This document shows positions 23,044 through 35,054 of a DNA stretch of 64,000 nucleotides, in pieces; the stretch's first letter is position 1; the number at the start of each line of letters is the position of its first letter. The notes beneath the pieces are model-generated. The model did no database searches, was not told where the DNA came from, and saw only the letters and a program-made list of their open reading frames with translations. The stretch lies in assembly GCA_965216755.1 (NCBI GenBank), contig CBDCGL010000011.1:3392001-3456000 (forward strand). Reading direction: 5' to 3'. Made by a program: the position numbers and the translations under genes. The stretch comes from Alphaproteobacteria bacterium. Lineage in GTDB: Bacteria > Pseudomonadota > Alphaproteobacteria > UBA7887.

Positions 23044-25002
23044 GTGACCAATCTGGAGCCGTGGGCGTTGGCAACCTTGGCCGCCTCAACAACCATTACC
23101 CTGACCCTGCCCGACGGCAGCACCCGCGCGCTGCCGCAACCGGCCACCGGCGCCGATGTGGCGGCGGCGATCGGCCCCGGCTTGGCCAAAGCAGCCTTGG
23201 CCATTCGCGTTGACGGTGAGTTGCGTGATCTAAGCCGCGAAATTGAAAGCGACGCCGCGGTCGCCATCGTCACCGCGCGCGATGGGGAAGGCTTGGATCT
23301 GATCCGCCACGACGCCGCGCATGTCTTGGCCGAAGCCGCCAAAGAACTGTGGCCCGACATTCAAGTGACCATCGGACCGGTGATCGAAGATGGTTTCTAC
23401 TATGACTTTTCGCGGGCGACGCCGTTCACGCCCGACGATCTGGAGGCCATGGAAACCCGCATGCGCGAGATTGTCGATCGCGACGAGCCGATCACCCGCG
23501 AGGTTTGGGACCGTCACGATGCCATCGCGTTCTTCGAACAGCAGGGCGAAAAATACAAAGCACAAATCATTCGCGATCTGCCCGACGACCAGGTGATCAC
23601 GATCTACCGTCAGGGCGGCTTTACCGATCTATGCCGGGGCCCGCATTTGCCGTCGACCGGCAGACTCGGCAAGGCGTTCAAGCTGATGAAGATCGCCGGC
23701 GCGTATTGGCGCGGCGACAGTCGCAACGAAATGCTGCAGCGGGTCTATGGAACCGCCTGGAGTAGCGAAAAGGACCTGAAGGCCTATCTGCATCGCTTGC
23801 AGGAAGCTGAGCGGCGCGATCATCGCCGCCTGGGCCGTGAGATGGGTCTGTTTCACTTCCAGGAAGAGGCCGTCGGCAGCGTGTTTTGGCATCCTGATGG
23901 CTGGACGCTCAATTGCGTGATCCGCGGCTATATGCGGCGGCGTCTGGAGGCCGGCGGCTACCGCGAGGTCAACACGCCGTCAATGATCGACCGCGGGCTA
24001 TGGGAAGCGTCGGGTCACTGGGAAAAGTTTCGCGAGCATATGTTTATCGCGGAATCCGAAGATCGCATTTTGGCGCTGAAGCCGATGAATTGTCCGGGCC
24101 ATGTCCAGATCTTCCGACAAGGCTTGAAGAGTTACCGCGATTTGCCGCTGCGGTTGGCGGAATTTGGCTCGTGTCACCGCAACGAACCGTCGGGCGCCCT
24201 GCATGGTCTCATGCGTGTGCGCGCATTCGTCCAAGACGACGCGCATATATTTTGCACCGAAGATCAAATTACCGACGAAACGATTCGGTTTTGCGACCTG
24301 CTGACCCAGATCTATCGTGATTTCGGTTTTGAAGAGGTGACCGTTAAGTTTTCTGATCGGCCCGAACTACGTACTGGCGACGATTCGACTTGGGACCGAG
24401 CGGAACAAGCGTTGGTGGCGGCGTGCGACGCGGCCGGCTTGGCGCACAGCCTGAATCCGGGTGAAGGGGCGTTCTATGGCCCGAAACTGGAGTTCGTGTT
24501 GCGCGACGCGATCGGCCGCGATTGGCAATGCGGTACCTTGCAGGTTGACTTTGTCCTGCCGGAACGGCTCGACGCACACTTTGTCGGCGAAGACGGCGAG
24601 CGCCATCGACCGGTGATGCTGCACCGCGCGATTTTAGGGTCGTTTGAACGCTTTATCGGCATATTGATCGAAAACTACGCGGGTCGCTTGCCGATGTGGT
24701 TGGCGCCAGTGCAAGCGGTCGTTGCCACGATTACCTCGGACGGCGACCCATATGCCAGCGAAGTGCATAATGTCATGACCGCCGCCGGCGTGCGGACCTC
24801 ACTGGATTTGCGCAACGAAAAGATTAATTACAAAGTGAGAGAGCATTCGTTGGCCAAGGTTCCCGCCATCTTGGTGGTCGGCCGACGCGAAGCGGAGCAG
24901 GGCGCGGTGTCCATCCGCTGGCTCGGCCGCAAGGACCAAGAGGTGCTTGCGCTCAACGACGCTGTTCAGAAACTTGTTGAAACGGCGGCACCACCTGCGT
25001 GA
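23044..25002 (+). CDS. thrS: Threonine--tRNA ligase
   Basis: [33 protein letters not shown]; start approximate. Confidence 0.97.
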   Translation: MTNLEPWALATLAASTTITLTLPDGSTRALPQPATGADVAAAIGPGLAKAALAIRVDGELRDLSREIESDAAVAIVTARDGEGLDLIRHDAAHVLAEAAKELWPDIQVTIGPVIEDGFYYDFSRATPFTPDDLEAMETRMREIVDRDEPITREVWDRHDAIAFFEQQGEKYKAQIIRDLPDDQVITIYRQGGFTDLCRGPHLPSTGRLGKAFKLMKIAGAYWRGDSRNEMLQRVYGTAWSSEKDLKAYLHRLQEAERRDHRRLGREMGLFHFQEEAVGSVFWHPDGWTLNCVIRGYMRRRLEAGGYREVNTPSMIDRGLWEASGHWEKFREHMFIAESEDRILALKPMNCPGHVQIFRQGLKSYRDLPLRLAEFGSCHRNEPSGALHGLMRVRAFVQDDAHIFCTEDQITDETIRFCDLLTQIYRDFGFEEVTVKFSDRPELRTGDDSTWDRAEQALVAACDAAGLAHSLNPGEGAFYGPKLEFVLRDAIGRDWQCGTLQVDFVLPERLDAHFVGEDGERHRPVMLHRAILGSFERFIGILIENYAGRLPMWLAPVQAVVATITSDGDPYASEVHNVMTAAGVRTSLDLRNEKINYKVREHSLAKVPAILVVGRREAEQGAVSIRWLGRKDQEVLALNDAVQKLVETAAPPA

Positions 25003-25169
25003 TGCTTTACGTGAGGCGCCATGGCGACATGGCGTGGCGAACGCCGCAAATCGGCGTTCGGCCATTTGGTAAACTTGCGTACGCGATAGCTCGCAAGCGC
25101 GAACGACAGGGAGTCAGTGCCATAAGGTTTCTTAGATTCGCCTGGCAATAGCAAAAGGAGGACCAGTTC

Positions 25170-25706
25170 ATCGCCAGATTCGCACCCCCGATACCACCAA
25201 CCCGCGACGGACCCCGTGTCAACGATCAGATTAGGGTCCCATCCGTACGACTCGTCGACGAAAAGGGGGAAAATGTCGGCGTCGTCAGTTTCCAAGATGC
25301 CATGTTACGCGCCGAAGCGGTTGGCCTCGACTTGGTCGAAGTGTCGCCGAATTCGGACCCGCCTGTTTGCAAGATCCTCGACTTCGGTAAGTTCAAGTAC
25401 GACGCTCAAAAGCGCGCCAGCGAAGCGCGCAAAAAGCAAAAGACCATCGACGTCAAGGAAATCAAGTTCCGTCCGGGCATCGATGAGCATGACTATGGCG
25501 TCAAGATGCGCAGCATTACGCGGTTCCTTGGCGAGGGCGACAAAGTCAAGGTGACCATGCGCTTTCGTGGCCGCGAAATGGCCCATCAAGACTTGGGCAT
25601 GAAGGTTTTGATGCGCGTCCGCGACGAACTTGATGAGCTTGGCAAGGTCGAACAGTTCCCGAAGTTGGAAGGCCGACAAATGACCATGGTGTTGGCCCCC
25701 AGATAA
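25170..25706 (+). CDS. infC: Translation initiation factor IF-3 (non-canonical ATC start)
   Basis: AGGAGG at 25156-25161 then in-frame ATC at 25170 giving [24 protein letters not shown]; KEIKFRP and FRGRE motifs downstream. Confidence 0.93.
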   Translation: MARFAPPIPPTRDGPRVNDQIRVPSVRLVDEKGENVGVVSFQDAMLRAEAVGLDLVEVSPNSDPPVCKILDFGKFKYDAQKRASEARKKQKTIDVKEIKFRPGIDEHDYGVKMRSITRFLGEGDKVKVTMRFRGREMAHQDLGMKVLMRVRDELDELGKVEQFPKLEGRQMTMVLAPR

Positions 25707-25868
25707 CCGGCCGCCGGCGGCGGCGAACCTTATCCCCGGTTTGACCGGGGCGGGATCTATGTGTTTTCTGTCTATCCGATCGGGTTGGCTGCCGCGCCGA
25801 TGCCGACACGCGTGTGTGCGCCGTTTGTCCGCTGCGTTGGGACCCGCGCGGGACCGGCAATACGTGGC

Positions 25869-25897
25869 TTGTCAAGCGGGGGGGCGGTCGCTATAAC
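25869..25897 (+). promoter_or_regulatory. Putative sigma70 promoter of rpmI-rplT
   Basis: TTGTCA-N17-TATAAC. Confidence 0.55.
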
Positions 25898-25985
25898 CCA
25901 CGCTTCGTTTTCAACAACCTCCGTTGGACCAGCATCGGTGCCGTTGGCCGTGGCCGGTGTCTGCGCGAGGCGATGTGGGGCGGTC

Positions 25986-26186
25986 ATGCCGAAGCTGAAA
26001 AACAAGAGTGGTGCCAAGAAGCGGTTCCGCCTAACCGCGTCTGGGAAGGTGCGCATGAACCAGGCCGGCAAACGCCACGGCATGATTAAGCGCACCAAAA
26101 AATTCATTCGCAATCAGCGCGGCACAACGATCATGGCGGATGTCGATGCCCGCATCATAAAACGCAATTTTTTGCGGGTGCCCTAA
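25986..26186 (+). CDS. rpmI: 50S ribosomal protein L35
   Basis: [19 protein letters not shown]. Confidence 0.96.
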   Translation: MPKLKNKSGAKKRFRLTASGKVRMNQAGKRHGMIKRTKKFIRNQRGTTIMADVDARIIKRNFLRVP

Positions 26187-26204
26187 AGGACGTAGAGGGA
26201 AGCC

Positions 26205-26564
26205 ATGGCACGGGTCAAACGCGGCGTCACCAAGCACGCACGCCATCGCAAAGTTATCAAGGCGGCGAAGGGTTATTACGGGCGGCGCAAGAACACTATT
26301 CGCGTGGCACGGCAGGCGGTCGAAAAGGCCGGCCAATATGCCTATCGTGATCGGCGCAACCGCAAGCGCACATTTCGCGCCCTGTGGATTCAACGAATCA
26401 ATGCGGGCGCGCGCCAACATGGTTTGACCTACGCAACGTTTATCAATGGCATCGCCAAGGCCGGCATCGATTTGGATCGCAAGGTGCTGGCCGACTTGGC
26501 AGTGTCGGAGCCGGCCGCGTTCCAAGATTTGGCGGAGAAAGCGCGCGCCGCACTCGCCGGCTGA
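26205..26564 (+). CDS. rplT: 50S ribosomal protein L20
   Basis: MARVKRGV...[22 protein letters not shown]. Confidence 0.98.
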   Translation: MARVKRGVTKHARHRKVIKAAKGYYGRRKNTIRVARQAVEKAGQYAYRDRRNRKRTFRALWIQRINAGARQHGLTYATFINGIAKAGIDLDRKVLADLAVSEPAAFQDLAEKARAALAG

Positions 26565-26752
26565 CCGGGATCAACGACACGGCGTCTATCGGCCGGCCGA
26601 AGTCAACTGTGGCCGCGCGCGCAGGTTCGATATATTGGCAATCAACCCGACCGACCGGCGGCGGCGCCCTTCGCGTGGACCGCCCCGTGGGGCCGCAAAC
26701 AGAATTGATTCAATATTGTCGGATACTGCTCTAGCAGCGAGAAGTTCAAGAA

Positions 26753-27826
26753 ATGGATGTCGCTCGACTTCGCAAGGATGTGCTCGCCGCCATTGAGGCC
26801 GCGGCCGATGTCGACGCCCTGGACAGCGTACGTGTCGGCGCGCTTGGCAAGAAAGGCCAAGTCACGGGGCTGATGCGTGGCCTGGGTGCCATGTCACCGG
26901 AAGAACGCAAGCAAGCCGGGCCGCAATTCAATCAATTAAAGGACGACATCGTTGCGGCGCTCGAGGGGCGGCGGGCGGCACTGCAAGAAATGGAGCTTGA
27001 ACGGCGGCTGGCGTCGGAACGGATTGATGTGAGCGCCCCGCCGCGTCCTGATCACTTGGGTTCGATTCATCCGATCAGTCAGGTCTTGGACGAGGTGACC
27101 GAGATATTCGCCGACATGGGCTTCGCCATCGCCGAAGGCCCCGACATCGAAACCGATTACAACAACTTTACGGCGCTCAATATGCCACCGGAACATCCGG
27201 CGCGGCAGATGCACGATACGTTCTATTTGCCCGAAGGTGACGACGGCCATCGCCTGGTATTGCGAACGCACACCTCGCCTGTCCAGATCCGGACGATGAG
27301 CGCCGAAGATCCGCCACACCGCATCGTCATTCCCGGTCGCACCTATCGGCGCGATTATGACCTGACCCACACGCCGATGTTCCACCAGGTCGAGGGGCTG
27401 GTGGTCGATCGCGCGACCCATATGGGGCATTTGAAGGGGTGCTTGATCGATTTCGCGCGCGCTTTTTTCGAAGTGTCGGATCTGCCGCTACGCTTCCGTC
27501 CGAGCTATTTTCCGTTCACCGAACCATCGGCTGAGGTCGACATCGGCTGTGCCTATGAAGATGGCCAGTTTCGCATCGGTCCGGGTGAGGATTGGATGGA
27601 GATATTGGGCTGCGGCATGGTCAATCCGCGCGTGCTGTCCAATTGCGGACTCGATCCGGACGCGTTCCAAGGGTTCGCGTTCGGCATGGGCATCGATCGT
27701 ATCGCCATGCTGAAATATGGCATTCGCGATTTGCGTGCGTTCTTTGACTGCGATCTCAGATGGTTGCGTCACTATGGCTTTGCGGCCCTTGATATGCCGT
27801 CTTTGGGTCAAGGTTTAAGTCGATGA
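26753..27826 (+). CDS. pheS: Phenylalanine--tRNA ligase alpha subunit
   Basis: [27 protein letters not shown]. Confidence 0.97.
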   Translation: MDVARLRKDVLAAIEAAADVDALDSVRVGALGKKGQVTGLMRGLGAMSPEERKQAGPQFNQLKDDIVAALEGRRAALQEMELERRLASERIDVSAPPRPDHLGSIHPISQVLDEVTEIFADMGFAIAEGPDIETDYNNFTALNMPPEHPARQMHDTFYLPEGDDGHRLVLRTHTSPVQIRTMSAEDPPHRIVIPGRTYRRDYDLTHTPMFHQVEGLVVDRATHMGHLKGCLIDFARAFFEVSDLPLRFRPSYFPFTEPSAEVDIGCAYEDGQFRIGPGEDWMEILGCGMVNPRVLSNCGLDPDAFQGFAFGMGIDRIAMLKYGIRDLRAFFDCDLRWLRHYGFAALDMPSLGQGLSR

Positions 27827-30243
27827 AACTGACATTGGGCTGGCTCAGAGAGCATTTGGATACCGACGTGTCTTTGGACGCATTGGTCGATCGCTTGACG
27901 ATGCTTGGGCTCGAGGTCGAGGACGTCATCGACCGCGGCGCCGATCTGAAACCGTTCACGGTTGGATATGTCGAATCCGTGGTTCAGCATCCCAATGCCG
28001 ATCGGTTGCGTGTTTGCACCGTAAAAACTGGATCGGACGTGCTTGACGTGGTGTGCGGCGCGCCGAATGCGCGCACCGGCATAAAGGGCGTGTTCGCTCC
28101 CATTGGCGCGCGCATACCGGGGACCGGCATGGTGCTTGAGTCACGCCCAATTCGAGGTGTCACCGGGTACGGCATGCTGTGTTCTGAACGCGAAATGGGC
28201 CTCAGCGATGAACATGAGGGGATCATCGAGCTGCCCGATGATGCGCCGATCGGGGCGCCATTCGCCACCGTCATGGGGCTTGATGATCCGGTCATCGATA
28301 TTGCGATTACACCGGATCGCGGCGATTGCCTGGGCGTGGCCGGTATCGCGCGCGACCTGGCGGCGGCCGGTGTCGGCAAGCTGACCACGCGCGCGGTCGC
28401 GTCGATAGATGGGGGTGGTGACAGCCCGATCGGGGTGCGTCTGGTGTTCGACGACCAGGTCGCCGATGCCTGTTCGTTGTTCGTCGGTCGATTGATCACC
28501 GGGGTCGAGAACGGGCCCAGCCCGGCGTGGTTACGGCAACGTCTGACCGCGGTTGGTCTGCGGCCGATTTCGGCGCTGGTCGATATCACCAACTATGTGA
28601 TGCTCGATCGCAATCGGCCACTGCACGTCTTTGATGCTGATTCCCTGGCCGGTCATGTCCATGTGCGGCTCGCTCGAAATGGCGAACAAATCACCGCCTT
28701 GGATGACGTCACCTATACCCTCAACGACCAAGTCACCGTGGTCGCCGACGATGACGGGCCGATCGCATTGGGCGGTGTTATCGGTGGTGAAAGCACCGGA
28801 TGCACCCAGGAAACCGTCAATGTGTTCTTGGAAAGCGCCGTATTTGATCCGGCGCGCACCGCCCAGACAGGCCGCGCCCTCGGCATCGAATCGGATGCCC
28901 GCTACCGCTTCGAACGCGGCATCGATGCCAGTTTCGCCGCCGCCGGTGCCGATATGGCGACACGTCTGATTCTGGACCTGTGCGGCGGCGAGGCGCAGGC
29001 TCGGGTGATCGCCGGTCAGGTACCGGATCGCCGGCGCACAATCAGCTTCAGACCGGCGCGCGTGCACGCCCTGGGTGGCCTCGATGTCAGCAAGAGCGAA
29101 AGCATTGCGATTTTGGACGCGCTCGGGTTCGATTCGCGCGCCGACGGGAAGGTCCTGTCGGTTTCCTTACCGCCCTGGCGCCCGGATATCGACGGCGAGG
29201 CTGATTTGGTCGAGGAAGTGCTGCGCGTCCGCGGCTATGATCGGATTCCGGCCGTGTCGATGGCGCGTGACGGCGCGGTCGCCGTTCCAGCGCTCGACCG
29301 CGGCCAGCGGCGGGTGCGCTTGAGCCGGCGGGTGCTGGCAAGTCGTGGCCTCAATGAATGCGTCACCTGGTCGTTTGTTGCGGAAGGTCATGCGGCGCTG
29401 TTTGGTGGTGGCAAGCCGGCCTTGAAACTTGATAACCCGATCAGTGCCGATCTGGCCGAAATGCGACCATCGATCTTGCCCCATCTGATCGCCGCCGCGG
29501 GCCGCAATGTTGATCGCGGGTTCGCCACCGTCGGCCTGTTCGAAGTCGGACCGCAATACGCGGACGATACGCCGGATGGCCAAGCGACCGTTGCCGCCGG
29601 CGTCCGCCGCGGCCAGACCGGTGATCGCCACTGGTTGGCGCCGCCGCGCGATGTTGACGCATTTGACGCCAAAGCCGATGTGTTTGCGGTCTTGAGCGCG
29701 CTCGGCGCGCCGGTCGAACGCCTGTCCGTGTCGACCGACGCGCCCGGTTGGTATCACCCTGGCCAATCGGGTGTGCTGCGCTTGGGGCCGAAGACCGCGT
29801 TGGCCAATTTCGGTAGCCTGCATCCGGGCGTTTTGGTCGCCTTGGATGTGACCGGTCCCATGATTGCGTTTGAAATCATGATCGATGCCGTGCCAATGGC
29901 GAAGGCCAAGCCGACCAAGGCGCGACCGGCCTATCGAGTGTCTGATTTCCCGACGGTGACCCGCGATTTCGCGTTCTTGGTTGACGACCATGTGCCGGTC
30001 GAAAAGATGCTGCGCGCCGTTCGCGATATTGGCGGCAAGCCGCCCCACAAAATCCCCTTCGGCGCGGTCACATTGTTCGATGTCTACAGCGGTGACGGTG
30101 TCGCCGCGGGCAAGCGTTCGGTCGCCTTCAGTGTTGTCCTGCAGCCGACCGAGCGCACATTGACCGAGGAGGATATTCAGGGCGTCAGCCAAGCGATTGT
30201 CGCCCGCGTCACCAAAACCACCGGCGCCGAATTGCGCGGCTAA
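27823..30243 (+). CDS. pheT: Phenylalanine--tRNA ligase beta subunit
   Basis: [29 protein letters not shown]-terminal FDX-ACB domain. Confidence 0.97.
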   Translation: MKLTLGWLREHLDTDVSLDALVDRLTMLGLEVEDVIDRGADLKPFTVGYVESVVQHPNADRLRVCTVKTGSDVLDVVCGAPNARTGIKGVFAPIGARIPGTGMVLESRPIRGVTGYGMLCSEREMGLSDEHEGIIELPDDAPIGAPFATVMGLDDPVIDIAITPDRGDCLGVAGIARDLAAAGVGKLTTRAVASIDGGGDSPIGVRLVFDDQVADACSLFVGRLITGVENGPSPAWLRQRLTAVGLRPISALVDITNYVMLDRNRPLHVFDADSLAGHVHVRLARNGEQITALDDVTYTLNDQVTVVADDDGPIALGGVIGGESTGCTQETVNVFLESAVFDPARTAQTGRALGIESDARYRFERGIDASFAAAGADMATRLILDLCGGEAQARVIAGQVPDRRRTISFRPARVHALGGLDVSKSESIAILDALGFDSRADGKVLSVSLPPWRPDIDGEADLVEEVLRVRGYDRIPAVSMARDGAVAVPALDRGQRRVRLSRRVLASRGLNECVTWSFVAEGHAALFGGGKPALKLDNPISADLAEMRPSILPHLIAAAGRNVDRGFATVGLFEVGPQYADDTPDGQATVAAGVRRGQTGDRHWLAPPRDVDAFDAKADVFAVLSALGAPVERLSVSTDAPGWYHPGQSGVLRLGPKTALANFGSLHPGVLVALDVTGPMIAFEIMIDAVPMAKAKPTKARPAYRVSDFPTVTRDFAFLVDDHVPVEKMLRAVRDIGGKPPHKIPFGAVTLFDVYSGDGVAAGKRSVAFSVVLQPTERTLTEEDIQGVSQAIVARVTKTTGAELRG

Positions 30244-30270
30244 ACCCTATTGTGCCCGCATCGCACGCTC

Positions 30271-32073
30271 ATGACTGATCAAGCTCACATTCGCAATTTC
30301 GCGATCATCGCGCATATCGACCATGGCAAATCGACCTTGGCCGATCGCTTGATCCAGTGTTGCGGTGGTCTCGCCGATCGCGAGATGAAGGATCAGGTGC
30401 TCGACAGTATGGATCTGGAGCGCGAGCGCGGCATCACGATCAAGGCGCAATCGGTGCGGCTATCTTATCATGCGGGCGACGGTGCGACCTATCAGCTCAA
30501 TTTGATCGACACGCCGGGCCACGTCGATTTTTCCTACGAAGTCAATCGCAGCTTGTCGGCCTGCGAAGGCTCGCTCTTGGTGGTTGATGCCAGCCAAGGG
30601 GTCGAAGCGCAGACCTTGGCGAACGTTTATCAGGCGATCGAAGTCGACCACGAGATCGTCGTCGTGCTCAATAAGATCGACCTGCCGGCGGCGGAGCCGG
30701 ACCGGGTGCGCCAGCAAATCGAGGACGTGATTGGTTTGGACGCCGGCGACGCCTTGCAGATTTCAGCCAAGACCGGTGTTGGTATCGACGATGTTTTGGA
30801 AGCGGTGGTGCAACGGCTGCCGGCGCCGTCCGGCGATGCGCAAGCGCCGCTAAAGGCGCTGTTGGTGGATTCCTGGTACGACCCCTATTTGGGCGTCATG
30901 ATTCTGGTGCGGGTGCGCGACGGCAGGTTGGCCAAGGGCATGAAAGTGCGCTTCATGGCGACCGGCTCGGTGCACCAAGTGGAACAAGTGGGCGTTTTCA
31001 CGCCGCGCATGACCAAGGTGGAAAGTTTGGGGCCGGGTGAAGTCGGCTTTATCACGGCGGCGATCAAGACCGTCGCCGATACCCATGTCGGCGATACGAT
31101 CACCGACGAGCGGCGGCCGACAGCGACGCCCTTGCCGGGGTTCAAACCAAGCGTGCCGGTGGTGTTTTGTGGACTCTATCCGGCCGATTCGGCCGATTAT
31201 GAGCGGTTGCGCGACAGTCTCGCCAAATTGCGGCTCAATGACGCCAGCTTCGCCTTCGATCCGGAAACCTCGGCGGCCCTTGGTCTCGGCTTCCGGTGCG
31301 GGTTTCTGGGCCTGCTGCATTTGGAAATCATTCAGGAGCGGTTGGAGCGCGAATTCGACCTTGACCTGGTGACCACGGCACCGAGTGTCATCTACCAAGT
31401 CCATCGCACCGACGGCACCACCCAGGAACTCCACAATCCCGCCGATTTGCCGGATCCGGTGCAGATCACGTTCATCGAAGAGCCGTGGATCCGGGCGACC
31501 ATCATGGTCCCCGACGAACATCTGGGCGCGGTACTGTCACTGTGCACCGAAAAACGCGGCCAGCAGGTGGAGCTGACCTATGTCGGCAATCGTGCCATGC
31601 TGATCTACCGGTTGCCGCTCAACGAGGTTGTGTTCGACTTCTATGATCGGCTGAAATCGGTTAGCCGTGGCTATGCCAGCTTTGATTATGAGCTTGACAG
31701 CTATGAGCGTGGCGACTTGGTCAAGGTGTCGATGCTCGTCAACGGCGATGCGGTCGACAGTCTGGCATTCATCGCACATCGCGAAAAATCCGAGTCGCGC
31801 GGCCGTGCCTTGTGCGAGCGCCTGAAGGAACTGATTCCGCGCCAGATGTTCAAGATCGCCATTCAGGCGGCGATTGGCGGCAAGGTTATTGCGCGTGAAA
31901 CCGTCAGTGCGCTACGCAAGGATGTCACCGCCAAATGCTATGGCGGCGATGTGACACGCAAACGCAAACTGCTGGAAAAGCAGAAGGCGGGCAAAAAGCG
32001 CATGCGCCAAGTGGGAGATGTGCAGATCCCCCAAGAAGCTTTTTTGGCGGCGCTGCGAATTGGCGACCGTTGA
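30271..32073 (+). CDS. lepA: Elongation factor 4
   Basis: [25 protein letters not shown]. Confidence 0.97.
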   Translation: MTDQAHIRNFAIIAHIDHGKSTLADRLIQCCGGLADREMKDQVLDSMDLERERGITIKAQSVRLSYHAGDGATYQLNLIDTPGHVDFSYEVNRSLSACEGSLLVVDASQGVEAQTLANVYQAIEVDHEIVVVLNKIDLPAAEPDRVRQQIEDVIGLDAGDALQISAKTGVGIDDVLEAVVQRLPAPSGDAQAPLKALLVDSWYDPYLGVMILVRVRDGRLAKGMKVRFMATGSVHQVEQVGVFTPRMTKVESLGPGEVGFITAAIKTVADTHVGDTITDERRPTATPLPGFKPSVPVVFCGLYPADSADYERLRDSLAKLRLNDASFAFDPETSAALGLGFRCGFLGLLHLEIIQERLEREFDLDLVTTAPSVIYQVHRTDGTTQELHNPADLPDPVQITFIEEPWIRATIMVPDEHLGAVLSLCTEKRGQQVELTYVGNRAMLIYRLPLNEVVFDFYDRLKSVSRGYASFDYELDSYERGDLVKVSMLVNGDAVDSLAFIAHREKSESRGRALCERLKELIPRQMFKIAIQAAIGGKVIARETVSALRKDVTAKCYGGDVTRKRKLLEKQKAGKKRMRQVGDVQIPQEAFLAALRIGDR

Positions 32074-32103
32074 CGCGCCCGTGCCCGAGTTCGCACCTGG
32101 GGG

Positions 32104-32418
32104 TCAGCGCGCGAACAACCGGCGCTTGCGCGCGCGCGCGCCAACAGCGAAGCACACGATCGCCAGCACCGCGCACAGCACCGCGACCACCAGCCACAGC
32201 GATAGATTAAGTACCGGTAGCACATAGTCGAAATACAGCGTCGGATCCTCAGGGTTGGGATCCAAACGCTTCTCGATCAAGGATTGCAGCCCGACCAGGC
32301 TGTTGGCGTTGATTTGATACCAGATTTCGGCGATCGAGCGGCCAGCGGTGGCGAAATGCGCCGCGGCCGCCGCAGCTGTGGCGAGCCCAAAAACCCATCC
32401 CAAAAAGCGGCCAAACAT
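32104..32418 (-). CDS. Hypothetical two-TM membrane protein
   Basis: Two hydrophobic helices, basic C-terminus, GGGG SD-like run upstream. Confidence 0.65.
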   Translation of the reverse strand: MFGRFLGWVFGLATAAAAAAHFATAGRSIAEIWYQINANSLVGLQSLIEKRLDPNPEDPTLYFDYVLPVLNLSLWLVVAVLCAVLAIVCFAVGARARKRRLFAR

Positions 32419-32480
32419 AATGGCAAGCCCCCTTTTGTCACGCGACGTGACGCGTCACAGCTTAGTCATGCGGCGCTGTG

Positions 32481-32508
32481 TTGCAAGGTCGTGTGCGGGA
32501 TCTATACT
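32481..32508 (+). promoter_or_regulatory. Putative sigma70 promoter of tRNA-Ser
   Basis: TTGCAA-N16-TATACT followed by a GC-rich discriminator. Confidence 0.55.
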
Positions 32509-32540
32509 GCGCCGCGCAGCATCGCACCTTGGCTGTTCGA

Positions 32541-32630
32541 GGAGGGGTGGCCGAGTGGTTTAAGGCGCACGCCTGGAAAGCGTGTGGGGGTGTAAGCTCC
32601 TCGCGGGTTCGAATCCCGCTCCCTCCGCCA
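32541..32630 (+). tRNA. tRNA-Ser(GGA)
   Basis: GGAGGGG acceptor stem, anticodon arm CACGC-CTGGAAA-GCGTG, long variable arm, GGTTCGAATCC, CCA end. Confidence 0.97.
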
Positions 32631-32708
32631 GTGCTTTAAGTGCTTGATGTATAAATTAAAATCGGTCTAGATCTTGTCAGAATATGTGCCTGCGCTAGGT
32701 GCATAAGC

Positions 32709-33152
32709 ATGGTCAAGACGGCCGATATGGACACGAAATATCTCCGGCAACGCCGAGGGCGCTGGTTGGTCCAGGTTGCGGTTCCCCGTGACCTGCGGGC
32801 GACCATCGGCAAAGCGGTCATCGAACGCTATCTGCGGACCTCATCGTTAGCCGAGGCGAAGCGTCGACGCCACGCGGTGGTGGCCGAGATCCTGGAGATG
32901 TTCGACCGCGCCCGAGACCGTCAATCCATCTCCTATGACGAAATGGACGCCGTGGCCGAGGTGGAACTCCGCAAGGCATACGACCATATGGCCGGCGACT
33001 TCCTCCAGGTCCGCCCCAAGCTACCTGAGTGGGCCAGAGCGATGGAGGGAGCCGACTACGCCACCGATACCATCAACCCTATCCTTGGCGAGAAGACCCA
33101 GGCCTACGCCACTTGACTTATGGAGCGAATGGGCGCGCTGACCCAGGGCCGG
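32709..33152 (+). pseudogene. Truncated DUF6538-type integrase (N-terminal part only)
   Basis: YLRQRRGRWLVQVAVPRDLR...LRTSSLAEAKRRR N-terminal domain; in-frame TGA at 33114-33116; no catalytic domain follows. Confidence 0.78.
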
Positions 33153-33272
33153 GAGGCGAACCGCCTCGCGCTTGAACTCGTCCGTGAAATCTCGTCGTGG
33201 TCGTTGGTCCATAAGGTCCTCCTGACTAACTTACGCTATCAAAAGTCCCTCCACTTTTTCAGGGCAAGTCCA
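33153..33272 (-). mobile_element. IS3-family left-end remnant (terminal IR plus first 20 codons of OrfA)
   Basis: Minus strand TGGACTTGCCCTGAAAAAGTGGAGG..., AGGAGG SD, then MDQRPRRDFTDEFKREAVRL, typical of an IS3 OrfA HTH start; similarity stops abruptly. Confidence 0.75.
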
Positions 33273-33830
33273 AAGCATCTCTGCTGGGATGAAGGTGGCG
33301 ACTGGGTCGTAACGTATTACGGGTTGGAGAGCCGCGACGGCACCCAGACGATTCCCCTCCGTGATCTCGACCGAACCGATGACAATGGACGGCTCTACTG
33401 GCTGGTGCATCTGGGTCGTCAAATGAACCCGCAAGAATTGGCCAAATTCCATGAAGCGTTCGATATGGCGCTCTCCATGTATCACGAACGGGATCGCGGC
33501 CAGGTTCAATCAACGTTGGCATACGTGAAACGCCGATGGAGGCATCGCTTGCGCCGGTCCATGTGGCTCAACAATATTCGCCGGCGGGTCACCGACATGT
33601 CCTCGTCCGACGATTTCTTGGCCCTAGTCGAAGAGATCACCGATGTCATGGGGGGCAGCCTGCGCACGAAGCTATGCAAGGAGTTCGGGGTTCACGAAGC
33701 CCTCTTCCACCCTGGCGGGGCTTGGGGTGTTGACGAGAAACTATGGAATGGGAAGCCGATGGAGTTCTGGAGGAAATGGCTGCAACGGGCCTGTCACTAC
33801 GTGACGCTGGAGATTGGAGCGGAGGAGTGA
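33273..33830 (+). pseudogene. 3' part of a hypothetical gene whose 5' end was removed by the IS3 insertion/deletion
   Basis: Open frame to 33830 with protein-like sequence (WVVTYYGLESRDG...WLVHL...FHEAFDMAL); the upstream part of ORF 33120..33830 is integrase and antisense IS sequence. Confidence 0.5.
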
Positions 33831-33839
33831 TCTTCAGTT

Positions 33840-35054
33840 TTACTGTCTCGGTGGCGTGGCCTTTTTGACGTCTTGAACAGCTTTTCTTAAGACGAATTCG
33901 CGTTTCAAGAAATTCTCCGCTGTGTCGATAATCGTGTCGAGGGTTTTCGGTTTTGGCGCAAATGCGCGATGCGCAGACGCACTTCCAGCGTCTGTCACAA
34001 TTCCAAGAATTTCTCGCTCATCTTCTCCGATTGCACCAATTTCAACCATCTTACTCAGCTTTTTATAGAAGGTGCCCAGATCGCTTCCGATCGATAAGTC
34101 CATAGCCCGGTCAATTGAGGTGCGTATACCAATTGATGCCAGAATAATGAGACCCGAGTTTAGGGCCTGATAAACTTCTTGGTACACTGCGAAAAGTGCG
34201 CCGTCGTCAATTTCTTCGGCCCAATCCGGCATTTTGCGTTTGGTTAGTGGCGGCCAATAAGTTTCTTTGGTCCCGTCATCTTCGTAGACCTCTCCAGTAA
34301 GAGGGTCAAAGGTACCGCTCGCCCAGCCTTCATGCCGCTCGGTCCGGCGAACTGATAGGATGCTACACCCGCAACACTCTAGCGTCTCAATTGTGTCTGA
34401 CCAGTCAAGCCCGCCATCGTCACCATCGATCGTGTAGCTAGCCCTTCTGTACGCATTGCGCTCGCCGCCACACCGGCTGCAAATGCCTTTTACAATTTCC
34501 TCGGCCGCCGCGGTATGAACCTTTGCAGGACTGGGTTCATTCTGGGCGGCCGTCCGCTCTATTAGCTCCCATCCTTTGATCGATAACCGGAGAGCTGACG
34601 TCTTACCATCTTGCTCTACGATTGCCTCCGCGACAGCATGGTCGACCAGGTTCTTGACCGCTTCGCCGTCCACGGTTCCGATCAACCCAGCGAGAAACTC
34701 GGCCGATGGATATGCGACACGCCCATGTGGGTTCCCTTCGAGCTGTGTTGCCATCCAAAGTAGAAAACGCCGCAACTGCTCCTTCGGCCCCGGTAATGGA
34801 CGCTGTAAGAGCTCGTTCAGATTTGTGCTGCTAACAAGGAAATCACTTCCGCGGTCCGACGCGCTTGATCTAATGGCATGGCTGAGACGGGCGCGCACTA
34901 GTGGATCTTTGACTACTTTGTGCTCGAGCATGGCCAGCGCGGTACCCGAGATTGCGTAGTCCCCACACCGACTACACCTAAAGTTTTCCCGATCCCCGAC
35001 CTTGATGTTCGCGGTGGGTACTAAGTTTCGGCAAATCGGGCAGCGTCGGGCCAT
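33840..35054 (-). CDS. Zn-ribbon/wHTH-like + Zn-ribbon/DUF4145 (HEPN-like) fusion protein
   Basis: CPIC..CSRC N-terminus ending LSIKGWELIE; second CSRC..CCGC; EVYQAL...LASIGIRT.ID...DAGSASAHR C-terminus typical of DUF4145 proteins. Confidence 0.75.
   Translation of the reverse strand: MARRCPICRNLVPTANIKVGDRENFRCSRCGDYAISGTALAMLEHKVVKDPLVRARLSHAIRSSASDRGSDFLVSSTNLNELLQRPLPGPKEQLRRFLLWMATQLEGNPHGRVAYPSAEFLAGLIGTVDGEAVKNLVDHAVAEAIVEQDGKTSALRLSIKGWELIERTAAQNEPSPAKVHTAAAEEIVKGICSRCGGERNAYRRASYTIDGDDGGLDWSDTIETLECCGCSILSVRRTERHEGWASGTFDPLTGEVYEDDGTKETYWPPLTKRKMPDWAEEIDDGALFAVYQEVYQALNSGLIILASIGIRTSIDRAMDLSIGSDLGTFYKKLSKMVEIGAIGEDEREILGIVTDAGSASAHRAFAPKPKTLDTIIDTAENFLKREFVLRKAVQDVKKATPPRQ

Noticed and set aside
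33114-33116. Programmed readthrough or selenocysteine at the in-frame TGA
   Set aside because: The downstream frame soon enters IS-derived sequence and no catalytic domain follows; a nonsense mutation in a pseudogene is simpler.
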